Below, in pieces: positions 1 to 12,979 of a stretch of DNA of 64,000 bases. Source of the stretch: Torpedo marmorata (Eukaryota); assembly GCA_977017645.1 (NCBI GenBank), contig OZ360233.1, forward strand, positions 21,390,001 through 21,454,000, given 5' to 3'. Within the stretch, counting starts at the first letter, position 1; every line of letters starts with the position of its first letter. A program made the position numbers and the translations under genes. The notes under the pieces were generated by a model, which made no database searches, was not told where the DNA came from, and saw nothing but the letters and a program-made list of their open reading frames with translations.

Positions 1-231
1 ACCCTCTCTCCCTTTTTACTTTCCATTTTGCCTCTCATTAAACCATTCTCACCTTTCCGCGGTCTCCTAACTCCACCTCCCCCTCATCAATCAGGCTCCT
101 TTTGTCCGTTATCCGTCACCCCTCCTCGGTTCACCAATCGCTTACTGTCCCCCGTCTCCACCTCTCTATCTACATTGGCTATCTTCCATCTCCGCACATT
201 GATGAAGGATCTCCACCTGAAACGCCGAGTC
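1..231 (+). mobile_element. Penelope-like element 3'/pLTR fragment
   Basis: Pyrimidine-rich tract followed by TTGATGAAGG..CCTGAAACG, similar to the terminus of the Penelope copy at 9695-12200. Confidence 0.6.
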
Positions 232-235
232 GATA

Positions 236-1010
236 AGCAGGAAAATATAGGTGCAAAATGGCAGATGAAATTTAAAGCAGACAGGTGAGAGGTGTTACGT
301 TTTGGACGAACAAACCAGGGTAGATCTTGCACGGTAGACGGAAGGACCCTTCGAAGTCCGGCAGAACAGAGGATCTGGGAATGCATATACATAATTCTTT
401 GAAAATGGCGTTACAAGTGTATGGGGTCAGAAAGAGACCTTTTTGTAGATATAATTTGATAAGTTATTGAATACAGAAGTTGGGATATTATGTTGAAATC
501 GTAGCAAAAAACAGATTTGGTGCATTGTATGCAGTTTTAGACACCTACATGCCGAAATTATGTCAATAAGGTGGAAAGAGTTCAAAGAAATTTGCAAAGA
601 TGGTGCCGGGACTTGAAGAGGTGAGTTACAGGGGAAGGTGGAAACTGTTAGGACTTCATTCCCTGGAACGTCGGAGAATGAGGGGAGAATTTATAGATGT
701 CTACGAAGTTATGAGGGGTAGAGATTGGGTAAATGCAAGCAGGCTTTTTCCGCCGATGTTGGACAAGAATGAGAGGACATTGCTTAACGGTGAAAGGTAA
801 AATGTTTAAATGGAACATGAAAGGGAACTTCTTCAGTCAGAGGGTGGTCAGAGTGAGGACCATGCTGCGAGTGGGATTGGTGGATTCGGCGAGAATGGAG
901 GGTTATGGTCCGGGTTTCGGCTAATGGGACGAGGTTTGGGAAGAGGAAATTGTTATGCGCGTATTAGATGGGCCGGAGGGCCTGTTTCTGTCCCGTGGTG
1001 TTCTATGGTT
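236..1010 (+). mobile_element. CR1 LINE 3' fragment (decayed)
   Basis: KWQMKF, LGLHSLERRRMRGEFI and NFFSQRVV CR1 ORF2 C-terminal motifs in broken frames. Confidence 0.85.
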
Positions 1011-1050
1011 GTCGTTAAACTGCGTAAGTGGGTCAAGGATGGAATTTAAG

Positions 1051-1315
1051 GGGTACCACTGTTGGCATTGTGGTTGGCGCAATGCCTTTACAGCGCCAGC
1101 GATTGGGACCGGGGTTCGAATCCCGCACTGTCTCTAAGGGGTTTGTAAGTTCTCCCTGTGTCTGCGTGGGCTTTCCTCGGGTGTTCCGATTTCCTCCCAC
1201 CGTTCGAAACGTACCTGGGGTGTAGGTTAATTGGGTGTAATTTAGGCGGCACGGACTCGTGGGCCGAAATAGCCTGTTACTGTGCTGTGTGTCTAAATTT
1301 TTTTTTTTTTAATTT
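1051..1315 (+). mobile_element. tRNA-derived V-SINE (HE1-like)
   Basis: Pol III B box GGTTCGAATCCC, V-domain TTCTCCCTGTGTCTGCGTGGG..TTTCCTCCCAC; close to copies at 3244, 19609 and 55336. Confidence 0.85.
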
Positions 1316-1379
1316 AACGCAAACGTGTGCGAGGCTTGACACTTTGGTGGGTTACAGCAAGGATGGACTTGCAAGGTGA

Positions 1380-2170
1380 AAGGTGGGGCCCTAGAGAGTG
1401 TTGTAAAATAAAGGGACATTCATATACAGAAATATCGTTCCATGAATGTGGCAACAGATGAAGAGAGGAGGAAGATGTTTAGCGTGCTTGACATCATCTG
1501 CGAGGGAAATGAATACAAGGAGTAGGGACGTCCTATTGCAACTGTACAAGATGTTGGTGAGACTGCACTTGGACTATTGTACGCAGTTGTCATCGGCCGG
1601 CTATTGTAAAGCTATATTTAAGCTAAAATTAAAGCAGAATAAATTAGCGAGAAAATATCACTGAGACGAATAAGCTTGAATCATATGGAGAAGCTGGAGA
1701 GTTTGGGTCTTCTCTCTCTGGAACGCCGGAGGTTTAGGTGGCCCTAAGAGATGTCTATAAAATTATGATGGGAATAGATAATACAATAGTCAAAGTCATT
1801 TTTCCAAGGCAGAATAATTTTGAGGGCATAGCTTTAATATGAGGAGGAGATATTTTCTTCACATGCAGGGTAGTGGGTGCGTGGAACGAGCTGACAGAGC
1901 AAGAGGTAGAAGCAGGGGCAATTGTAATGTTGAAAAGCTATCGAGACACGTAAATAAGGTATGCACGTGCTGGAAATTACTGGAGGAACTCAGCAGCGAA
2001 GAAATGGACACTCGACGTCTCGGGCCGCAATGCTTAATCAGGAATATCGACAAGTACATGAATAGTAAACGCTTTGAGGCACATGGTTAGAACGCTGGTA
2101 AATAGGACTAGCTTGGTTGACATGGAATATTTTGGACGGAGGGCCTGCTATGATGTTGCAGAATGCCATG
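1380..2170 (+). mobile_element. CR1 LINE 3' fragment (decayed)
   Basis: SRDVLLQLYKMLVRLHLDYC motif and SLERRR-like DNA. Confidence 0.75.
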
Positions 2171-2229
2171 GCTCTGCAGAGAGAAAGAGAAAGAAATACA
2201 TTTCAACAAAATGGCTTCTCGTTATTGTT

Positions 2230-2296
2230 AGGGTAGCTGGATACGGAAATAAGAAAATTACGCTTGGAAAAAGTGGCTGAATTTTGGTGAAAGTTT
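2230..2296 (+). pseudogene. TRAJ-like relic (VAGYGNKKITLGKSG*ILVKV)
   Basis: J-like peptide with FG->LG and a stop; heptamer-like TATTGTT at 2223-2229; no nonamer. Confidence 0.45.
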
Positions 2297-3243
2297 ATTA
2301 AGTCATGAAATCAATCATGATTTATTGTGTAATGATTCCTGGGACGATGAAAAGACGTTCAGTTCGAAGAAGAGGAGAAAGGGTGGAAAGAAGTGAGACT
2401 AAAATTGAGTACGATACAAATGAGAGAGCGGGAAAAGAAAGGCAGAAAATTGAGAAAACAAAGCCATCGCTTTACGGAGAACAAAGTACGGGAGAATTAA
2501 AGAAAGATGAAGCAAAATGTATTTTAATTCATTGTAAATCTGAAATAAAAGCAGAAAAATGCAAGCCAGGCATAAAATATCAGTAAGAAGTCAATTGTGT
2601 ATGCAGCAAGGAAACAAGCCACACAAACACACCGATACAAATTAATACCATATTTTCGTTCAGCCCACATTCTCAAATTCTCCTTGCCCCCGAGTTCTAC
2701 CCCTCACCTAAAAAACCAGCGGAAATATTCAGCGGCCAATTAACCAGCCAACCCGCACGTTTTCGGGGTGTGGGAAGGAACTGGAAATCTGGGAGAAAAC
2801 ACAAACAAAACGTGTAAACTCAACACAGCCAGCGCCAGTGAGAGAGGATTGAACCCGGGTCGACGGATCTGTAAGGCAGCGACACCACCCGTTACGCCAT
2901 TGTGTTGCCTCGGGTCGACAACGTCTCCGAGGGTCCTAAGTGTTTGGAATGCTCTCGCTCACACGGCGGTGAACATAAACCGCAGGAGATACATAGGGTA
3001 ACTAGACGGCGGGGAAGTGGATGGTAAATGAGGAGGCATGTGGCGTGGCGGCAGGCAGGTGGGTGAAGTAGACGAAACTATGGCGGCGCAAGGGGAATAT
3101 GGTTGTTTATCGCGTGCTAGGCAGAGACAACACGGACGGAACCTGCAGAATGTTCCATGGTTTTTTTTTCAGTCCAATTTCTCTGTTCGCTCTGGGAGCC
3201 TCCGTTGTTGGTGTTTTAGTTGGTTCTCAGTTAAATTTTGTTT

Positions 3244-3502
3244 TTTTAATTTAAATTTAGACGTACTGCACGGTAACAGGCCATTTCGACCCACGTGTCC
3301 GTGCCGCCCAATTTACACCCAATTAACCTACACCCCCGGTACGTTTTGAACGGTGGGAGGAAGCCGGGGCCCCCGGGAAAAATCCACGCAGACACGGGTA
3401 GAACGTACAAACTCCTTACAGACAGCGCGGGATTCGAACCCACGTCCCAATCGCTGGTGCGTTAAAGGCTTTGCACTGACCGCTACACCAACCTTGCCGC
3501 CC
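3244..3502 (-). mobile_element. V-SINE (HE1-like)
   Basis: Reverse complement of the 1051-1315 SINE with TTTAAA-type tail. Confidence 0.85.
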
Positions 3503-3646
3503 TCAGTCTGATCTTTGCGACTGCAGTCGTCCTAGAACAGTAGGCAAGTAAATTTTAGGCTGTGATTTTGCAGAGGCTCAACAAGAATTGAAGAGTAATC
3601 AAAGCAAACAAGGTTTTTACCCAGATTTTTATTCGTTTCATCTCGG

Positions 3647-3647
<1 letters not shown>

Positions 3648-3683
<36 letters not shown>

Positions 3684-3880
3684 TCCCTCTCTCTCTCTTT
3701 CTCTCTCTTGCTCTCTTTCTCACTCGCTCTCTCCCTCGCACACTCACCCTCCTATTCTCTCGTTCGCTTTTTCTCGTTCTCTCTCTCTCTTTCGTTTTCT
3801 TTCACTCTCTCATTGTTTCTCTCTCTTGTTCTCTCTTCATCTATATATCTTGATCCCATTTTCGATATCTCTCTCATTAT
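3648..3880. repeat. (CT)n-rich microsatellite
   Basis: Directly visible. Confidence 0.9.
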
Positions 3881-3989
3881 CCCTGTCCCTCTCATTTTTT
3901 CGTCCCAGTTTCATGCATACGCGTACTGATCTTTGCAAACAGTAACAAAATTAGTGAAATTGGCAAGGCGACCCCGAAACCACGGCTCG

Positions 3990-5575
3990 ACGCGAAGGTC
4001 CGTGCATTGCTCAGAGCTCGGAACGCTGTTATCAGGTTAGGAGATAAGGCGACACGAAGAACAGCTCTCCCGGGCAATCAAGATTACAAAGCGGGGATAC
4101 GCACAGCAGATAAACAGACAACTGTGCCACACTGCTGACACGAGGGGCATGTGGCAAAGTATTAAAATTATACCGGACCCCTGAGGCACAGGCAGCAGGT
4201 ATATCCGTAGCTGAGGTGAGGAGGATCCTATCCAGGGTGAAACAACACAAAGCACCAGGACCAGATAACATACCTAGTCGGGTGCTCAGGGACTGTGCGG
4301 ACAGCTTGTTGATGTCCTAATGGACATCTTCAATATCTGACTCCAGCAGTCCATTATCCCCGCAGGGTTCCAGGCAGCCACCATCATCCCGGTGCCCAAG
4401 AAAGCGACAGTAGCTGGAGTAAATGATTACCGTCCAGTGGCACTGACCTCCACGATCATGAAGTACTTTGAACAGCTGATCATGGAGCGCATCAAAGCGA
4501 ACCTACCAGCGACCATGGACCCATTCCAGTTTGCCTATCGGTCAAACCGATCCACAAACGATGAAATAGCCCTGACTCTTCTCACCGTCCTGGCCCACCG
4601 AGAGAACGGTGTCTAACACGCCAGGCAGCGGTTCATTGACTTCAGCTTAGCGTTCAACACAATCATACCTCAGAGGCTGGTGGGCAAACTGCCCTCACTG
4701 GTACTCAGTACCCCTCTCTGCTCTGGACACTGGACTTCTTGATTAAAATACCACAGTCTGTCCGGGTTTGCAGGAACACCTCAAGCCCCGTCACAATGAG
4801 CGCTGGCGCACCTCAGGGCTTTGTGTGCAGCCCGCTACTGTTCAAGGTGCTAACGTACGACTGTACTGCTATGTTCAGCTCCAACAGAATCAACATTTTG
4901 CGGATGAAACAACGGTAGTTGACCTCATCGCCATCAATGATGAGTGGGCTTACAGAGAGGAGATTGAAAGGCTTGTACATTGGTGAAAGAGAAGCAGCGT
5001 GAGTCTCAACGTGAACAAGACAAAGGAAATGATCGTGGACCTCTGCAGGACGAAAGACCAGTCCCCATTACATATCAATGGCTCCGTCGTGAGAGTTGGG
5101 AGCACAAAGCTCCTTGTCGTCCAATTAAAGAACGACCTCTCCTGCACCCACAACACCTCCTCATTAGTCAGGAAAGTGCAGATGAGCCTACACTTCCTGA
5201 GGAGGTCCAGGAGGCCAAGGCTATTGGTCACATAACAACGTTCCACAGGCGCACAATAGAGAGGGTCCAGGCTGGCTGCATCGTAGAGTGGCCTGGTAAC
5301 TATAAAGCATCATATCGGAGGGGAGTACGTAGGGTGATTACAACTGCTGAGAAGATAACTGGAGTCTCCTTTCATTACACGACAATATCTACAGGGAGCA
5401 ATGTTTAAAGGGGCTCAGAGAATAATACGGCCCCTTACCATACAGCCCGCACTACCTTTGTGACAGTACATTCAAAGAGGAGGTACATGGGTATAAAGAC
5501 CAGGACTAAAAGGAGATGAAGCAACTTCTTCCCGCAGGCGGTGATACAATTGAACAAGGCACGAGACCCGTAAAT
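3990..5575 (+). mobile_element. Rex1/Babar LINE RT region (frameshifted); its 3' tail is displaced to ~12980-13143
   Basis: NDYRPVALTSTIMKYFE, DPFQFAYRSNRST, FADETTVV and SLNVNKTKEMIVD motifs. Confidence 0.88.
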
Positions 5576-5622
<47 letters not shown>

Positions 5623-5626
<4 letters not shown>

Positions 5627-6586
5627 ACAAATTCAAACCAGCAACGACAGACGACGCAATGAAAAGGGGTAAAATTGAAGTTTATATTTTTTAAAGACAA
5701 TTAAACATATAATTTCACAACAATTAACCCCACTATAAACGTCTATAAAGACTATTCTTATCGAAAAGGTGTGTGTGTGTGTGTGTGTAAAGCCCAGACC
5801 ATTACAGTCTGTGCCCAACCCTCATGTAAAAATGGAAAGCCTTCTCCAAAAACACCAGGTCAGTGATAAAAATAAGTCAGTCCCAAAATACAGTCCACAA
5901 AATTTCACTCTCTATGTTCAGGGTCAAAATTCAGCACTGTGTGCTGGCAAGAAGGACTTCTTAATGAACGTTGGAGACAGAGACAATGACTGTTTATGCT
6001 TACGAATGCTTGGCTTCCTTTTCTTCTCTGATGACTTTCCCTTCTGGTAGTTTCACAAGGATTGCGACTCCAAATCCGTTTTGGATTGAGGCGTGTACTT
6101 GGATCTCACAGCCTGTCTCGCTGATCTCACGCCTGTTCTTCACAAAAGTTACCTTTAACTCAGGATTTTGATGAATCAACAAGGCCTTGTATTTCTCCCA
6201 TCATTTTCCCCTGGGATGCACAAGCCTGGATTTTGCTGATTCATGAGGCTCGGTACTCTTCTCCCAGCATTTTCCTCTGGGGTGCACAAGCTTGGGTTTT
6301 GCTGGGTTATCCAGCCTTTGCAACTCCAAAACTGCCACTGATTCAGTTTTCCACGACTGAACTTTAAGGCATTCCTGCAGAGGTCTTCACCTGTCTTTTT
6401 TCAAAGGTCCAACCAAGTATATCTTTCACAGTTTGTCTCCCCCTGGTGCCTCTCTCTCGGTAAGTAAAAGAAGTCCTGGACAAGTTAACTCTTTCAGTAC
6501 CAGGTCCCAGTGTGTACTCCAAAAGACTTCATTCATCCTTCCTGCTGACCGTCCGCAGTCCAAATGGTCAGTCATGGTCCATATCA
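5623..6586 (-). repeat. 3' LTR of the Gypsy element
   Basis: Starts TGATATGG directly after the PPT on the - strand, ends GTAACA; matches 8917-9652. Confidence 0.85.
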
Positions 6587-6861
6587 CCTCCCACCCACAA
6601 AGAACATTTTGGTGTGCAAGAACAAAATTTTGGAAATTGAGGTGTTACAATCTAAAAAAACCCACAATGTTCATCCACAAACACAAAATATGAACTGTTT
6701 TCATTTATAACGTTTAGCATCTAGAAAGATAATCAGCAATTACATTAACTTTCCCTTTTATATGTGTTATTACTTAATCATATTCTTGAAAAAATAGACT
6801 CCAATTCAACCAACGTCAATTCTTATTTTTCATTTTACAATGCAAAACCAATGGATTATGG

Positions 6862-7923
6862 TCAGTATACACTGAGTGGTTTTTGAGTTGTAAAGATATA
6901 AACATCAAAGTGTTGTAGAGCCAACAACTCCTTTTCTATGGTTGAATAATTCCTTTGATGATCATTGAACTTCTTCGAGAAGTAGGATACCGGATGGTCA
7001 ATGTACTCTTTGTTCTTCTTCTGTAACAGCACCGCGCCCATAGCTTCATCGCTGGCATCCACGGCTAACGAAAACGACTGTTCTAAATTAGGTGACTTAA
7101 GCACAGGTTGGTGGCATAACATGGCTTTCAATTTGACAAATGCTTCCTGAAAACCTGTCGACCATACAAATTTTTCTCTCTTTCTAAGCAAATGTGTGAG
7201 AGGGAGCGCAAGATCTGCAAAGTTTTTACAGAACTTGCGGTAGTAGCCAATCATTCCCAGGAACCTCCTCAGTATTTTCTTGCCAGTTTGAACAGGGAAC
7301 TCGGAAATAGTCATAACCTTTGCCTCTACTGGCGCCAACTTCCCCTGTCCTACTACATAGCCCATAGAATTAACAGTCCCATGACCCTCTCTGAAACTGG
7401 TTTTATCTGTCTCCTCCTTACCCCTGTCAATAGCCAGCACCTCTGGTAAATGTTCAGTCTCTTTATGCGGCACCTGTTCAAAATATGGCTTAATCATATT
7501 CACATGACAGACCAGTGTGTCTCGTCTGCGATTAGGTGTTTCTATTACATAGGTGACCTCATTAATGTTTGACTTAACTCTAGAGGGTCCTGAAAGTCTA
7601 GCCCTAAGAGGATTTGAATGGATGGGAAACAGAACTAATACGTTCTCACCAGGTTTAAAAGTTCTCATCTTGGCCTTTCGATCATACCAAACCTTCATTC
7701 TCTGTTGAGTGGCCTTTAACGTCTCCTTTGCCATCTCACAAGCCCTATGCAGCCGATCCTTAAATTTGGAAACATAATCTAACAGATTTAAATGCACATC
7801 ACTATTAATCCACTGTTTTTTTAATAATCTTAAAGCACCTCTCACCTCATGTCCGAAAACTAACTCGAATGGACTAATACCAAGTGATTCTTGGACAGCC
7901 TCCCTCGCTGCAAATAGCAACAA
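6862..7923 (-). pseudogene. pol fragment: integrase C-terminus fused to RT thumb/RNase H (RT core deleted)
   Basis: SPFELVFGHEVRG and CHVNMIKPY, then RRFLGMIGYYRKF, LAVDASDEAMGAVLLQ and YFSKKFNDHQRNYSTIEKELLAL. Confidence 0.88.
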
Positions 7924-7947
7924 ATGAACCCCCTCATCCCAATCCTT

Positions 7948-8628
7948 TTACTTCTCACAACAATAGGTTCTAATCATGTTTTTCAAAGTCGAATGGAACC
8001 TTTCCAAGGCCCCTTGTCTTTCTGGATGGTACACAGAGGATACAATCTGTTTAACTCCAAGTCCATCAACCACTTGTTGGAAAACGCCTGACATGAAATT
8101 ACTACCCTGATCTGATTGAATTTCCCTTGGCAAACCTACCAAGGTGAAAGACTTTACCATAGCCTTTACAATTGCTTTTGCTTTAATGTTTCTCAGAGGA
8201 ATGGCCTCTTGAAATCTGGTGGCTGCACACATAATTGTTAACAAATACTCATTCCCCGCTTTGGTTTTGGGCAATGGGTTAACACAGTCCACAATCACTC
8301 TTGATAAAAGCTCACTGACAGCAGGGATAGGTTGCAAGGGTGCCACCGGGGGACCCTGATTAGGTTTACCCACCACCTGACAAGTGTGACAGGACCGGCA
8401 AAAGTTTACAACCTCCCTTCTCAAACTGGGCCAATAAAATCGTTTCGTTATCTTCGTTATAGTTTTCTTCACCTCAAGGTGACCGCCTAAGGGTGTGCTA
8501 TGAGCCAAAGTTATTATTGCATCCCTATATACTTTAGGGATCACAACCTGCTGCACTACTGCCCATTCTTCATTGGCAGGAACATCACATGGTCTCCACT
8601 TTCTCATCAACACCCCATCTTTTTTCAT
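7948..8628 (-). pseudogene. pol fragment: integrase HHCC zinc finger and DDE core
   Basis: AHSTPLGGH..CRSCHTCQ, VIVDCVNPLP, IQSDQGSNF, YHPERQGALERFH. Confidence 0.9.
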
Positions 8629-8916
8629 AATAACCCACTGGCAGCTTTTTAATCTCCTCTTCAGAGAGAACCTTATCCCTCACCTCAGCAAGATCAAGAT
8701 CGTCCTTTTGCCTTGCTATTAGCTCCTGTAGGGATAGTGACAAATCTGTGCCTTTAGGTGTCTTATCAGTGGATAGGTGTAACTCGGGAGATTGCTCAAG
8801 CTTTTACACGTGTTCCTGATTATCACTGACTTGTTCTTTCACCAATTTAATTTCCACTGCCTGCTCTACAGTGACATTTTTCTTAGAAATGGCCCTGGTT
8901 ATGGCACCTGCCTGAT

Positions 8917-9648
8917 AAACCCCAGGTCATTCATAAAAACAAGTCAGTCCCAAAATACAGTCCACACAAATTCACTCTCTATGCTCAGGGTCGAAATTCA
9001 GCTCTGTGTGCTGGCAAGAAGGACTTCTTAATGAACGTTGGAGAGAGAGACAATGACTGTTTATGCTTCCGAATGCTTGGCTTGCATTTCTTCTCTGATG
9101 ACTTTCCCTTATGGTAGTTTCACAAGGATTGCGACTCCAAATCCGTTTTTGGTTGAGGCGTGTACTTGGATCTCACAGCCTGTCTCGCTGATCTCACGCC
9201 TGTTCTTCACAAAAGTTGCCTTCAACTCAGGTTCTTGCTAAAGCCCCAAGGCCTTGTACTTCTCCCATCCTTTTCCCCTGGGATTCACAAGCCTGGATTT
9301 TGCTGATTCATGAGGCTCGGTACTCTTCTCCCAGCATTTTCCTCTGGGATGCAAAAGCTTGGATTTTGTTGGGTTCTATCGCCTTTGCAACTCCAAAACT
9401 GCCACTGATTCAGTTTTCCACGACTGAACTTTAAGGGTTCCTGCAGAGGTCTTCACCGGCCTTTTTTAAAAAGACCAACCAAGTATATATTTCACAGTTT
9501 GTCTCCCCCTGGTGCCTCTCTCTCTGTAAGTACAAGAAGTCCTCGGCAAGTTAACTCTTTCAGTACCAGGTCCCAGTGTGCACTCCAAAATACTTCATTC
9601 ATCCTTCCTGCTGACCGTCCGCAGTCCAAATGATCAGTCATGGTCCAT

Positions 9649-9652
<4 letters not shown>
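8917..9652 (-). repeat. 5' LTR of the Gypsy element (inner end deleted)
   Basis: Direct repeat of 5853-6586; begins TGTTATGG on the - strand. Confidence 0.85.
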
Positions 9653-9694
<42 letters not shown>

Positions 9695-9695
<1 letters not shown>

Positions 9696-12200
9696 AGTAA
9701 GACACGAAAATCTGCAGACACCTTGGTTGAAGTAAACACACAAAGGTAGAGAAACTCAGAAGGTCAAGCAGTGTCCTTTATATAGCAAAGGTAAAAATAC
9801 ATAACCGACGTTTCGGGCTTCAGCTCTTCAGCAAGGTATGGAAAAATGTCGGCAGGCGTCCGAACAAAAGAGTAGGGGGGAGGGGTGGTCGCAAAGGCAG
9901 GAGGTGATAGGTGGAGAAGGGAGGGAGGTGACAGCAGCGATCAAGGGGAGGAGGGATGGCAAGGTGAAGGGACGGGGAAGGGAAGGAGGAGAACTGGAAA
10001 GGGGAAGGGAATGGGGAGGGAGAAGAGGAGAGTAGGTTAGCAGAATCCGGAAAAGTCGATGGTAATGCCATCTGGCTGGAGAGTGCCCAGACGGAAAATT
10101 AGGTATTGTTCCTCCAATTTGCGGGTGGTTTTGGTGGGACAGTACATAAGGCCATGGACACACATGTGAGTGTGGGAGTGTGACACAGAACTGTATTGGT
10201 TGGCTACTGGGAGGTCTCTGTCACTGGTGCGGACGGAGCGAAGGTGCTCAGAGAAGCGATCTCCCAATCAGCGCCCAGACTCTCCGATGTGAGAAGGCCA
10301 CAAAGGGAGCACCGGATGCAGCACATCAGTCCTTCGGATACACAAGTAAAGTGTTGCTTCACTTGAACGGCCTGTTTGGGGCCCAGACCGTGGTGAGGGG
10401 GGAGGTGTGGGCGCAAGTGTGGCACGTCCTGCGACCACAGGGTAAGGTGCCGGGGGGCGATTGTGTGGGAGGGATGAGTGCACGAGGAAGTCACGGAGGG
10501 AGCGGACCTACGGAAGGCAGAGAGGGGAGGAGAGGAGAAGATGTGTCTGTTAGAGGGATCTTGTAGTAATTGCCGGAAATTCCGAAGGATAATGTGTTGG
10601 ATGCGGAGGCTGGTGGGGTAGTAGGTGAGGATAAGGGGGATTCTATGTTTGTTGCGTCTGGGGGCAGAGGGTGCCAGGGCAAATGAGCGGGAAATGGAGG
10701 AGATGCGGGTGAGGACTGAGTTGATGGTGGTGGAGGGGAAGCCACGTTTGTGGAAGAAGGCAGACATTTCGGAAGATCTGAACTGGAAGACCTCATCTTG
10801 GGAACAGATGCGGTGGAGACGGAGAAATTGAGAGAGGCGGATAGAATCCTTGCAGGGGAGAGGATGTGAGGAAGTATCAAGGTAGTTGTGGGAGTTAGTG
10901 GGTTTGTAATATATGTCGGTGGAAAGCTTGTCTCCCGAGATGTAAACAGAGAGATCCAGGAAGGGAAGAGTGTTGTCGGAGATGGACCAGGTGAGTTTGA
11001 GATCGGGGTGGAGGTTGGCCGCGAAGTGGAGGAAGTTGGCAAGCTCATCGCGGGTGCATGAGGCAGCCCCGATGTAGTCATCGATATACCGGAGGAAGGG
11101 GTGAGGGTCTTGCCTGTGTAGGCTTGCAGCATGGATTGCTCCAAAAAGCCCACAAACAGGCAAGCGTAGCTTGGACCCATGCGGGTACCCATGGCTACTC
11201 CTTTGATTTGGAGGAAGTGAGACGAGTTAAAGGAGAAGTTGTTTAAAGTGAGGACAAGTTCTGCCAGGCGGAGGAGGGTGGTGTTAGAGCGTGACTGGTC
11301 GGGTCTCTGGCCCAGAAAGAAGCGAGATTCTTTAAGACCTTCTGTATAAAGCGATTGGACATCCATCGTGCAGATGAGGCGGTCCATTGCGGGAAATCTG
11401 AAGTCGTTGAAGAGATGGAAGGCATGTGAGGTATCGCGGATGTAGGTGGGGAGGGATTGGACCAGGGGAGAAAAGATTGAGTCAAGTTAAGATTAAACTA
11501 TTTCGGTGGGACAAGAGCAAGCAGAAACAATGGGTCTCCACGGATGGTTGCGTTTGTGTCTCTTGGGTAGAAGGTAGAAGGGAGCAGTGCGGGGATGGGA
11601 GACGATGAGGTTGACGACCGGGGGAGGGAGGTAACCAGAGGCGATGACGTTGGATGTGGTGTTGAAGACAGTGGCTTGATGTGCTGTGGTGGGGTCCTGT
11701 GGCAGGGGTAGATCGGAGGAGGTTTCTAAGAGCTGTCGTCTGGCCTCAGCAAGGGAGAGGTCAGTGCGCCAGACCACAACAGCTCCACGCTTATCTGCGG
11801 GTTTGATGGTGACGTTGGGATTGTTGCGAAGAGAGTGGAGGGCAGAGCGGTCGGCGGAAGTAAGATTAGAATACGAGAGGACGTGGTGAAGTTGAGACGG
11901 TTGATGTCTCGGCGGCTGTTGGAAATAAAAAGGTCCAGAGCGGGAAGCTGGCCAGGACGAGGTGTCCAGGATGAAGAAGAAGGCTTAAAGCGGGAGAAGG
12001 GGTCTTGGGTAGGGGGTGGAGAGTCACGGTCATGGAAGTGATCACGGAGGTGGAGGCGATGGAAGAAGAGTTTGGCATCGTGGCTTGCGCGTAACTCGTA
12101 AAGGTGTGGGCGGAGGGGGACGAAGGTAAGGCCTGTGCTGAGGACCGAGCGTTCCGTCTCAGAGAGGGGAAGGTCAGAGGGGAAAGTGAAGACCAAGCAG
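9695..12200 (-). mobile_element. Penelope-like retroelement (RT + GIY-YIG endonuclease), frameshifted
   Basis: MDVQSLYT, QIKGVAMGTRMGPSYACLF, FLRYIDD, TDIYYKPTNSHNYL, CIRCSLCGLL..IGE and RFSEHLRSV motifs. Confidence 0.92.
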
Positions 12201-12208
12201 GGTATGTA

Positions 12209-12270
<62 letters not shown>

Positions 12271-12274
<4 letters not shown>

Positions 12275-12887
12275 TTCTGTTCCGGTGCTTCCATCGTAAG
12301 TAGAAAATACCTTGCCGGGGTCTATCTGTACAGATCAAAAATAAACATACTGTAATCAGCACACCAACCCCCCCCCCCCCCCGTGCGCTAGCGCTCCGGC
12401 CCGGCTCCCCGGCACACGGAGCCGCTCCCTGGGCTGCGGCATATTTGGACACTGTAACTGTCCGAGAGTGTAACACTCGCCAGAGATTTACCTTCACGTT
12501 TACACGAGGCAATCTCCCCGGGACGTGGCGTCTGGGTGAGGGGGAAACAACCGAGTGGAGTGGAGCGGAGAACAACAGAGCGTGCGGACGAACCGTGCGG
12601 AGAACCTCGGGTGTTGGGCAATGGTTGGGGCCGTGCTTCGAGTGCAAGGGACGTGCGCAGATCTGCCCTCGCAGCCGCTAACTCGGCCCGCTCCCGTCTG
12701 CACCCAGCCGGCTCCCCGCCGCCTCCTCCTCGCCCGGCTTTGAAGCCGCTTCCCCGCCGCTCGCTCCCCCATAAATACCGTGCTGGGAACCAGCAACCGG
12801 CACCAGACTGACAAGTGCTGAGCAGCCGAGGGATCGAAGCTGACGCAGAAGTCGCAGAAATGTCCGAGTCGAAGCCGTGTGTGTCCC
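12271..12887. other. GC/CpG-rich insert flanked on both sides by (TA)n; possible non-autonomous DNA element
   Basis: Sharp composition change between TA tracts 12217-12271 and 12888-12933; CATAAATA at 12770-12777. Confidence 0.45.
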
Positions 12888-12900
12888 TATATATATACAC

Positions 12901-12969
<69 letters not shown>

Positions 12970-12979
12970 TGTGTATATA

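Larger units (their letters stand above)
5623..9652 (-). mobile_element. Gypsy LTR retrotransposon, Gmr1-type domain order, internally deleted
   Basis: TG..CA termini; direct repeats 5853-6586 and ~8917-9652; PPT GGGTGGGAGG (- strand, 6587-6596); integrase then RT end/RNase H in ORFs 7948-8628 and 6862-7923. Confidence 0.92.

Noticed and set aside
1051-1130. tRNA-like A/B boxes
   Set aside because: SINE head repeated several times in the window, not a tRNA gene.
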